From Macrostomum lignano (Eukaryota): DNA of 64,000 nt. Numbering within the stretch: position 1 is the first letter of the stretch; each line of letters starts with the position of its first letter. The stretch spans positions 124,001-188,000 of the forward strand of contig NIVC01000421.1 in the NCBI GenBank assembly GCA_002269645.1, given 5' to 3'. A model generated the notes under the pieces. The model ran no database searches. It was not told the origin of the DNA and was given only the letters and a program-made list of their open reading frames with translations. Below, piece after piece: positions 13,022-23,834 of this stretch. A program made the position numbers and the translations under genes.

Positions 13022-16000
13022 ATGCATTCTAATTCGGTTGAAGACGATCCCATTAAGTCGTCGGCTTCAAAGTGCCCGATGAAAGATTCGCTGAACAAAG
13101 TCGAGTCGCGAAGTGACGTCCGCGGTTATGTGAGCGACGATCCACAACTGCCGAAACGGGAGCTCGCGTTTTACCTGGTCGCCATGCTGTCCATTGTCAT
13201 CTATGCTGGCTACGAGTTTTACGTCACCTATGGACTCGACATGACGCGAAGTGAGCTGTTAATTGAAAATCGAAGATGACACACTCCGAACTACTTGTAG
13301 CTACAATGTAGTTCTTGCAGTTGGAAAATATTATGATAATTAGGTTCTCTGGACTCGTATTTTGTAAGCTGCAAACGAATGTTGTTGACGCTACAATTTT
13401 GTAGATTTTCCGGTTCAAGCATTAAAACGCGGTTGGATGAGAGATTACAAGGTAATCAAACTTTATAATTGTGTATTGATTTTTTCGTTATTACCAAATT
13501 TTGTTCCTCAAATTTATTCCACAGGACATTGTTGTTCACCCGATGTTTGAACAAGCGACAAACAACTGGCCTCAACTGATTCTGGCGTCTGCTGGTTTTC
13601 TCATAGTTAGCAAAACGTCGCTGGCATTTGCGCCAATGAATGTCAGTCTCCTTTTTACTAAGATTGTGTCATAAGTTCGCAAACAGAATAGACTGCAGAA
13701 AAAGCAAGCGGTGCTCAGTTTGAAACTCGGGTTAGATTTTCGGGTACGTCAGTGGCCTTCAGCTGCACACACTTGAGCAGCTTGCTGGTACAGTCAGCAA
13801 AGAATTCTTCGGGTGTCCTCTGTACCCCCCGTAGATTTCGAACCTCAGTGCAGACAGGCTGCTGTAGTGCTTCCCACGCAGTGGTTCCTCATCTCTAGGA
13901 GCAGTCAGTAATCGATGGGAGCCAGGTCAACAGCTTTGGCGCCCATGAACAACTAGCGTGTCATTCCCAACTGCTTCCCGGACAATGCGGTGAAAGAGAT
14001 CTTCAGTGGAATGTCCAAGCTGTCCTCAAACAGTCGCAGCTTCGATCTGCATCCATGATCTGCTGTTTATGATGCACGTTTCTTTCCATCGTTTCAGTTT
14101 GAGCAGCGTCAGTATACGCGCAGCATCCAAGCCGTCTTCGAACCACTGTAGATCCACTTTGACACCGTTGTTTCGAAAGCGTGTCTTCTTCCATGGCGAA
14201 TTCCAGCTCTGGAAAAATGTCCACCTGTGTGTGTTTTCCCGATCTTCACAAAAATCAAACTAAATATCGGTTTATGAATTTCGTATCTATGCTCCGTAGT
14301 TTTTCGAAAGGTGCTGCTTTAAAATTTAAAGTAGTTTGTGGAGAGGGTAAAATTAGGGTATAGGTCACCCATTATGCCTCTGTAGATCATTAAATGGCGG
14401 CTTATTTGTGTCTTGTGTCATGGAGCGGCCAGCATTTGTCAGCGAACTTACGACATAACACGCGTATCATTTCTATTATGTTGGCATTTTCTAACAGCAC
14501 AAAACACATAAACGTTGCTTACCATCGTACCAACCTTAGGTGCATCATCTGGCTTGCTCAATTTATACTCTGCTCATGATTAGCATCGCCCTGTCGACCA
14601 AAGCTGCGTTCGCCCTGGTCTTCCTGTACACTGTCTGCCTCTCCTTAGCCTACTTCTCTAATCCCGCCGTTTGGATCTTACCTAGCACTCTGCTCTTCTC
14701 TTTCAGCCGCGTAGAGGTGTCTGCAGTCCTGCTTTCTGCTCTGGAAATCCAGGATGATAAATTGAATACCTTTTCGGCAATGTCCAGCTACCTAATGTGC
14801 CGCCTGATCTCGGTTGGTCACACATTGAGAACGGAGCTGCTTGAGAAGCCGTGTGGATTTAGGCAATATTTGCTCAACAATGTTCCTCTGAGTCTGGCCT
14901 ACACTTTCTACATGCCCTACACGTGGTCCGGACCGATTCTTACTTTTGACGCGTTTCGCAAACAGCTGCAATCTCGCGGTCGTCGTGTTGAAATTGACAG
15001 CAATACTGTTTCTCTTGTGGCTTGGCGCGTGTGCCGCATGGTGCTGTGGTACTACGTTCTGGAGATGATCTATCACTACTTGCCAACGGGATCTTACCTG
15101 CTCACACTCCAACCCGATGTACCCATCGTGTACAAGCATATGTCTTTTTCTATCTACATACACGGTCAGAGCTTTATGCTTCTCTGCATTCAGTACTTCG
15201 GATGGCCAGCCGTCCTTGCTCTGCTCGATGGTGTTGAGCTGTTTCACTGGCCAGACTGCATCAGCTGGGTGTACAGCTACAGCATCATGTGGCGCGTGTT
15301 CGACCGAGGTCTGTTCTCAGTAATCCAGGAACACATCTACAGGCCTCTTGGAGGCAGTCGCCGGGGTCCATTGCGACAACTTTTAGCTCTGGTTGTCTCC
15401 TTCCTTTTGTCTGCATCTTCCACGGCGACAGCGCGAGCAGTCGAGCCTGGGTGACGCTGAATGTGGTTCAACTGGTGATGGAGCGGCTGATGATTTTTGT
15501 CTATTATAAATATCTGAGATGCGCTGTTGTAAGTCAATTAATGCTTGTGCGGGAGTTTCTATCTTATTTGGTTGCGTATACATTGCATACACTCGTAAAT
15601 ACTTGCACCATCTTTCAGACTAAGTACTTGAGTCCTCAGAATGAGAAGCGACTCACTGGCTACGTCATCGCTTGGAACATGACAGTCTCCTGCGGCATAA
15701 TCTTCTTCTTACTAGCCGGCACGAACGGCTTCATCATTTTTCCCGAGCTGCTGCTACTGCGCGGGATGAGTTCGCACAGTGAGTTTTGCTTTCACTAATT
15801 GTTGTCGACTGTCCATCGGTGCTTTGGTACTAACTTACTAATTACTATTGAAAATATACTTTTCCTTACTGTAACTTAGTAATATACAATATTAATAATT
15901 AAACTTTTTTACGAGTAGTATTTCATATTAATATAATTATTATAAATAAAAACATGCAGGTCCTGAGACGTTAGAGAAGGGGAAGGGGTAAAAAGCAGCA

Positions 16001-16911
16001 CTCGCAGAACCCAGCGGGCCTCTCCCGTCGCCCATGTCGGTGTACTTGGCTGATTTGCGGACCTCGACCGAGGTGGCAGGTGACTTGGGGCCCAGGTGTG
16101 CGTGATAGTCGCGTCCCAAGCCAACGGCAGCCCGCTCTCGAGAGCCGCCACCGTGGCGGCGTCGAAGCGGCGAGAGTCCCGCGCGGAGAGGCCGGCTGGT
16201 TCGAGTACCGATGGAAAGCCGGTCTCCACCAGGATGTCCCGGAGCCGCCAGTTGAGCTCGTCGTGTCGCCGGAAGCGCTCAACACCATATTTGCATGTGA
16301 GGGTGTTGATCACCTAGGGAATCGAGTGGCTGGCGGCACTCGCACACTCCAGTTGCCGCAGTTTGCAGACCGCGAGCCGCAGGCTAACGATGATGGACAG
16401 CTCGATGTCCGAGAGGTGCGTGCCCTCACGGCTGCTCAGCAGACCGGTAACAAAAGCCGGCTGACTCCGGGGTGGAGGCAGAGTGCAGCCTGGCCACGTC
16501 CCTGGGCTCCGCGAGGTTGGCAGGCAGCGCCTGATGGCGTGTGCGGAAAAGCGGCTCTTACCAGGAGCGGGCGGCAGGGGGCCCGCAGGTTCCGCAGGAA
16601 CTCTGGGGGTGTCTGGTAGAGCTCATTCACGAGTGGCACTGTAGCAGCTGCATGGGAAAAGAAAGCTGGCAGGGCGAGGTCTGGGGGTGCACAGATTCTA
16701 ATGCTTCTCAGACCCGTTGGCAGAGAGGCCTGCAGCCAATCTCGAGGATCATTTAAAATAGTGAATATTATTTTGAATTTCAGCTCCATTGTGGCACCTG
16801 TTAACTTTTCAATTCGGCACTTATTGCGCTGTACAGATGGGTCGCTATTTCGAGGTCAAGCTGAAGCCGAAGTTGTGCGATATAGCCAAGAAGGTCAAGA
16901 CTATGGATTGA
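13022..16911 (+). CDS. HHAT: HHAT-like MBOAT acyltransferase, copy a, with 1-nt deletion in exon 4 (pseudogene or assembly error); exons 13022-13250, 13405-13451, 13525-13641, 14540-15528, 15619-15778, 16784-16911
   Basis: Motifs LPKRELAFYL, FYMPYTWSGPILTF, MWRVFDRGL, IYRPLGGSR and FHG match HHAT/Rasp (LPRWELALYL, GPILSF, MWRYFDVGL, YIPVGGS, YWHG). Exon 4 is 989 nt versus 990 in copy b, with the missing base in T-run 15405-15408. Confidence 0.85.
15905..16760 (-). mobile_element. Degraded 3' fragment of a CRE-clade-like (restriction-like endonuclease) non-LTR retrotransposon in HHAT-a intron 5
   Basis: Translations WLQASLP..LRSIRI...DLALPAF and RHDELN...EPAGLSARDSRRFD...G.PLAWDATITHTWAPSH match the post-RT and PD-D/ExK region of RLE-type retrotransposons. 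The orthologous intron in copy b is only about 96 bp. Confidence 0.7.
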
Positions 16912-17880
16912 TGAGGCGTGCTGGTTACCATAGAAACTTCGATACGGATCTAATTTTAATAGTAGTGCTAAAATAATATTTCATTTAAGCTGACAGATAG
17001 AAAAAAATCTCCCAGACAGGTTAATCAAATATTTTAAAAGTAAAATACTGCTATTCATATGCCAACCAATCTATCAATCAATCACTACTATGACTTTTTG
17101 TATATCTGTCAGCTATTGTTGCGAATAAAAGTTTGGAAGTTAAATAGATAGTATCTTAGTTTACAATAATTTAAACCAAAATTTTATTGTATCTATTTGT
17201 TATTGTAACTCGTGCAGCAATCTGACGTGGAAGTTTCCGATGTCTATCGAAGTCACTCGCAAATATGTACTTTTACATTTTACCGACGTATAACGTCTGG
17301 TGGAATACGGAGGACGTAGGAGTATACTGCATGTTTTACTAGAATTTGTGGCTTAAGTGCATTTACAGTTTATACGAGTACAACACTAAGTTGAGTGGCT
17401 GTTAGAGTTTGTAGATATAATAATAACTTGTAACTTGTATTCTATTATGATAGAGGTCAATGACTCCTTCAGTTAAGTTAAAAAACTTTCGGTTCAATGT
17501 GTGTTTTCCAATCCCAACCCAAATGACGCGTTTAAAACTGGAAGCCCACAAGACTAACTGGAACTAGACCTAAATAAAACTGATTTTATAGCTAATCGGA
17601 AGAAATAACGCTTTTCTGTTGCTTGTATGAGCGACGTTTTCCGTTTTAATAAGTGCACAAGTATCATACTTTTGGGTAAGTAGCTATAGCTAGTTTTATT
17701 TAATAGACTAATCTATGAGGTGTTACTAATTTATGCTGCCTTTCTTGTCCTGCCTAAACAGTTATCCCACGCACGTCTTTGGCCCGAAGTTTTAACCAAC
17801 TATAGTCTAGCTAAATTCAGTTAAATTATTACTGGCATTTTAATTTCTTTTCTGTCTTTTTGCTTTGACAATGGTTAGCT

Positions 17881-19894
17881 GTCTATGGAAGAAATCATAT
17901 AGACAATATTATTGTCCTATTGATCAAGCCACTGACGAAGCGTGTGACAATCATGCATTGCTACATATGTGGCAATGCATGTCTAAATTAGACGTCTAGG
18001 GTCTGGTTTGAACCATAGACATAAGTAGCTGCAACAAAAAGCGAGGCCTTTTGTTGGGCAGAAAGAGGACAAAAGCGCAGTCCGAAGCCTTTGAGAATAC
18101 AAACACATTGCTAACTTATTTGACACTGGAGAAAGATGATCAACTGGAAGCATTTACCAGTAGAATCCCTCGATGGCGTTACATCAAGCGAATTGGCTCT
18201 GGTTACCGAACTGAGTCGGGAAGATCATAGTGAAGATAGAGAGCTACAACGCTTTCTTCAATTCATCTCCGACTTCAGTCGACATGACGATGACACCGTC
18301 ATGGGAGTGGAACTTCCTGATCTACCGGCTGCCGACAGTGACAATGCCGATGTGGGCGTTTCGATTGACGATGCTGAGAGTGCCCAAATTGATGCGATGG
18401 AAATTGCCTCGCTGCCTAGATCAACACGAGATCAGATGCAATTTCATGGACAAAGGTTTGCTGACTACATGTCCAATCTGGGTTACTCGGTGGATCGCCT
18501 ACAGACGGTAGACCAGGAGAAATTGAATGAGCATCTGCGTCTGTAATATTTTCGCCTGGCGAAGCCGATGTGGCGAAAAGTACTCTCGCATCAAGTCTGG
18601 TTTGCATAAGGGCTAGCTGGCATCCAGCGCTTTTTTAACAACATCATTAAGCGAAAAATCAACATCATGGATGCACCTGAATTCGGCAGCGCTAACCGTA
18701 TGCTGCAAATGAAAGTTCGAGAATATCATGCTGCAGGTGGAAGTGTGAAGCGCTTCGAACCGATTGAGGAAACTGACCTCAAGAAAATATTTGCGTACTT
18801 TGATCGATCCAATGGTGAACGATTACAGGATGAGGTACTCTTCACGCTGATGTATGTATTGGGTGAAAGAGGACAAGAACATATGAAGCAGCTGCGCCGT
18901 AGAGATAGTCTTATTGAAAAGACCGACAGTGATGGTAAGCCGTATTACGAGTTGCCAATGCTGCCGACAAAAAACCAAAGCGCCAAGCCGACACGAGCCA
19001 GGCGTTTCAATCCCAAACAAGCTCGATTGTACGGGAAGCAGTACGGCCTTCTACGTCTGTACATGTCCGTCCTTCCGTCTGAAACGAAAGATGACACTAT
19101 GTTCCCGCGACCAATGGCTAGTTCCGCTTTACAATTTGCTTTCTCAAGTAAGCAAGTCTAAGGCATAAACTGGCTATGTACGTAAATGCAGCGGATCAGC
19201 AAGATGTGCGGCCTGAGCAAGGGATATACAAACCACTGCATCCGCGTCACTCGAATTGCTGATCTGAAAGATTCAGGCCATTCTGTGTCTGACATCATGA
19301 GCATTACTGGCCAACAAACGGAGTCTACTGTGCGGCGGTATCTCTCCCGGAAGCATGACAGCGCCATTCGAGACATGGCAACTATTGTGGGGGCTGCGTT
19401 AGAACTACGCGGTGTGAATGCCGATAGCAGTGGTACCTGCGTCTCGACTAGCAGCAAAAGCATCATCGGCCACGAGACAACAACTGTTCGTGAGAATACC
19501 AATGCTGCAGTGTTCTCTAACTGCCAGTTCGCAAATTGCACGATCAGTATCAATAAGTAGTAGGAATACGTGACAGGGCAATAACATATGTGTTCACCAC
19601 GTTTTGTTGTACTAACATGAGTCGTATTTGCCTCGCTTTTTGCTTGTTGTTCTCATATTCATTCATATTCGTTTTCCCTGCGAAAATTGTCTGCACGCAA
19701 TCGTTAAACGCGTAACACGAGCCAATAAATATTAGACCATAGTCTATGGTCAAAATATCTGCTCTAGCGTGTGACAATCAGAAGCGTTGCCAGTAGGCTT
19801 GATCTATTTGACAATAAAATTATTAGAATGTGGTACACAGCAACTGTCAGACTTCGGTGACCTTGAAAGCTTTTCTTCAAGAACAGTCTATGGT
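17881..19894 (+). mobile_element. Inactivated Crypton-type tyrosine-recombinase element (DUF3504-like); coding remnant 18136-19560
   Basis: Motifs LGERGQE (catalytic R), YTNHCIRVT (HxxR), TGQQ..STVRRY (catalytic Y), and a reconstructable DGEKYSASSLVCIRAGIQRFF. In-frame stops lie at 18544-46, 19159-61 and 19183-85, with small indels near 18570-18620. Boundaries are approximate. Confidence 0.8.
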
Positions 19895-20035
19895 GAAAAT
19901 TGAGCTGCCGCTTAATAAGCAGTGCTTCAATTCATTTGTTCCAAGTTTTTGTATCTTAATTTTTAACTAGCTACAGATTTTGTTATATTAAAACTGTTTT
20001 AAGCTTACAAACATAGCACCACTGTAGTTGTCAAG

Positions 20036-23000
20036 ATGCAATCTGGAGAGGTTGAAGACGATCCCATTAAGTCGTCGGCTTCAAAGTGCCCGATGAAAGA
20101 TTCCTTGAACAAAGTCGAGTCACGAAGTGCCGTCCGCGGTTATGTGAGCGACGATCCACAACTGCCAAAACGGGAGCTCGCGTTTTACCTGGTCGCCATG
20201 CTGTCCATTGTCATCTATGCTGGCTACGGGTTTTACATCACCTATGGGCACGACATGACGCGAAGTGAGATTGACTTTCGATCTTTCTTGTTTTGCTTTT
20301 TTGTAACAATTATATTACTTTTATTTTTATACATCTTTCCAATCCATGGGCATAATTTGCTATTATAGTTCTAGCAGTGGGACCATGTAGTCTTGATAGC
20401 AGAAAGCTCCTCTAGACCTATATGGCGCATGCTTCTACAGTCTTGAAACCAGTTTCTAGTTTATACCTCTACACGCCTTTATGCATTACGAACGTACGTT
20501 GGCCAAACGTTGATAAACGTCTGCCTGAAGTCGATGACGTCGTATTTCTGTACGGTTAGCCAAGCTCGGCGAATGGCAAGAGTTTAACTTTTGCGACGGC
20601 TTGGATCGACGTGAAGAATCCATTTGTCAAAAAAGATATAGGGAAGGGGGCGCAGACTGGGACACCAAATGCGCTCGTATTAACAAGTCCAGATTAGATA
20701 AAAGACATATACGCCTTTTAACTTTTTAGACCTTCCGGCTGAAGCATTAAAGCCTGGCTGGATGAGAAAGTACAAGGTAAACCTAGAAATTATCGCATTT
20801 GAAATTGCTGTAGGTTTTGTACGACCATTACCATATTTCTTTGGCCACATAGAATTGAATAGAAAAAAATTAGTCATCCTTAATCATCACACTTGCCCGA
20901 CAGGACATCGGCGTTCAAGACTTGTTCGAGCGAGCGTCAAACAACTGGCCTAGGCTGGTTTTGGCTTCCATAGGCTTCCTGCTTGTTAGCAAAACCTCGT
21001 TGGCTTTTGCACCAATGAATGTAGGTTGTAGAATTCAAAGTTTTTCTTTTAAGTTTGCGCCAGTTCCCAAACATTTTTGCAATCAAATTTTAGGTGCATT
21101 ATCTAGCTTGCTCAGCCTATACCCTCGTAATGATTGGGATTGCCGTGTCACCAGAAGCGGTAGCTGCTTTAGTCTTAATGTACGTTTTTTACCTCTGCAT
21201 GGCCTACTTCTCGTACATTGGCGTATGGTTGTTCACTTGCACGATTCTCTATGGCTTCAGTCATGGCAGACTTGCCGCAGTCCTGGTTCCGGCACTCAAT
21301 ATTCAAGGTGAAACATTGCCCACTTTTTCCGCCATACTTTGCTACTTCCTGTGCCGCCTGATCTCGTTTGGTCACACATTGAGAACGGAGGTGAGTGAGC
21401 AGCCGTGTGAATTTAGGCAATATTTGCTCAGCAATGTTCCTCTGAGTCTGGCCTACACTTTCTACATGCCCTACACGTGGTCCGGACCGATTCTCACTTT
21501 TGACGCGTTTCGCAAACAGCTGCAATCTCGCGGTCGTCGTGTTGAAATTGACACCAATACTGTTTCTCTTGTGGCTTGGCGCGTGTGCCGTATGCTGCTG
21601 TGGTACTACGTTCTGGAGATGATCTATCACTACTTGCCAACGGGATCTTACCTGCTCACACTCCAACCCGATGTACCCATCGTGTACAAGCATATGTCCT
21701 TTTGTGTCTACCTTAATGGCCAGAGCTTTATGCTACTTTACATTCAGTACTATGGATGGCCAGCCGTCCTTGCTCTGCTCGATGGTGTTGAGCTGTTTCA
21801 CTGGCCAGACTGCATCAGCTGGGTGTACAGCTACAGCATCATGTGGCGCGTGTTCGACCGAGGTCTGTTCTCAGTAATCCAGGAACACATCTACAGGCCT
21901 CTTGGAGGCAGTCGCCGGGGTCCATTGCGACAGATTTTTGCTCTGGTAGTCTGCTTTGGCTTTATCTGCGCCTTCCACGGCGACACCGCAAACAGTCGGG
22001 CCTGGGTGACGCTGAATGTTGTTCAACTGGTGATGGAGCGGCTGATTACTTTTGTCTATTATAAACACATGAGGTGTTTTATTGTGAGTCAAACTGCGTG
22101 TTTGTTTTTGCTTGTTTTTCTGCAATTAAAAAATCCGTTATGGGGCTATTTTGTCTACATAAGTGGTAATGTGTGCTCGTAATTTGCAGCAGATATTGTC
22201 TGGCCGACAAGCCGACGCATTCAAAAGTCAGCCGCTTACGACCGCCATAAGTAGGCCTACAGAGCCTTGAACAGCTGGTGGATGGAAAAGCGGGGGTGGG
22301 GGGGGGGCTGCGGGCTCCGGCCAATGACATATTTCTTCCCAAATGACATGATAAATTGACTATGACCAAAGCTGACTTGCGTCATATAGTTTTATATCCA
22401 CAAAGATACATTCTGACGGGTCTATGAAATTTGCTTGCCGAACTTTGCTTGCCGAACTTTGCTTGCAGAAATTTTGCTTGCCGAGGTTTGCCAGCAAAGT
22501 TTTCTTGCGAAACCTAAAGAACCTATTTTTGAGCTCTTGTGTATTTCTAATTTTCATTTTCTAAGATTCGTGGAAGTCGTCTATAGTGTTATGATTTTGT
22601 ATGAGTATATGGCGGATTTGAAAAGCCCTAACGCAGAAATGGAATAGTTTAGTTTTTTACTGGGAATATATTTTCAACAAAGAATTGGACACAATTTCGA
22701 ACAATGCAGATATCGAATGATTTAGGCAGCGAACTGTACAGAATAGGTTTTTTGCAAATGAGTGTGCCACCGATCTATGAATTGCTACATACCGGTATCA
22801 TGACTCGTAAGGATACCCGACGCTCAGAGATACCCAAAGTTTGGCAAGCAAATTTCCTGCAAGCAAAGTTCGGCAGGCAAATTTCCTGCAAGCAAAATAC
22901 CTGCAAGCAAAGTTCGGCAAGCAAACTTCCCGCAAGCAAACGTTGTACTCCTATTCTGACATGTGCCCTGAGGCATACATGTAGTTGTAACCTTTTTTCA

Positions 23001-23388
23001 GACCAAGTACCTGAGTCCTCAAAATGAGAAGCGACTTACTGGCTATGTCATCGCTTGGAACATGACAGCCTCCTGCGGCATAATCTACTTCTTTCTAGGC
23101 GGCACGAAAGGCTTCATCATTTTTCCCGAGCTGCTGCTACTGCGCTCGATGAGTTCGCACAGTGAGTTTTGCTTTTATAATTGTTGTCGACTGTCCGTGC
23201 TTTGGTACTAACTTACTAATTACTATAGAAAATATTTAATTTTATTCTCAACTTCAGCTCCATTGTGGCACCTCTTAACTTTTCAATTCGGCACTTATTG
23301 CGCTGTACAAATGGGTCGCTACTTCGAGGCCAAGCTAAAGCCGGCTCTGTGCAACAAGGCCAAGAAGGCCAAGGTCACCGCTGAGTGA
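20036..23388 (+). CDS. HHAT: HHAT-like MBOAT acyltransferase, copy b, intact, 557 aa; exons 20036-20264, 20730-20776, 20904-21020, 21094-22083, 23002-23161, 23258-23388
   Basis: Same six-exon structure and phases (1,0,0,0,1) as copies a and c. The spliced ORF is uninterrupted (1674 nt), and Asp (FDRG) and His (FHG) are retained. Confidence 0.9.
22405..22950. mobile_element. MITE-like insertion with inverted arrays of ttgcttgc/gcaagcaa subterminal repeats in HHAT-b intron 4
   Basis: tttgcttgccgaac repeats at 22430-22500 are mirrored by gttcggcaagcaaa repeats at 22840-22940. The insert is absent from the 90-bp intron 4 of copy a. Confidence 0.6.
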
Positions 23389-23834
23389 GACCCACGAAAA
23401 GCTCAGACATATTTTAGATACAATGTTACTAGGCACTGCAGGTAATGGAATTTTTAGTAGTCTTTTTTGCTTACTCTTGCCTACTTAAGAAGATGCATGC
23501 ATGCTAAATCAGCTACCCTACTCTTTGCATCCGCATAGTCTTGAAGTTTATAAAAAATTGTATAAACAAGAATACTTCTGTCATACAGTTCGCTTACACA
23601 TGAACCAATTTATCAAATCAATAACAGTAACTTATTACTTTTTGTTAAAATAGTCAGAATATCCTTAAAGAAACCCGTGCGAATATTTTGATCTGAATGG
23701 CAAATGTGTTTGCTTGTTTGTTATTTCATTAATTTTTTAGTTTTTGTAAAATATCTGCAGGGATTCACCGTACATATCCGCCTGTAGCAGTTTCCAGTTT
23801 GTATTTTGCACTATTTAAACATTCGGTGTGAACT

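Noticed and set aside
18136-19560. YR gene as a domesticated functional gene or bacterial integrase
   Set aside because: It has several stops and indels, a substituted catalytic His, and motifs of the eukaryotic Crypton/DUF3504 type rather than phage type.
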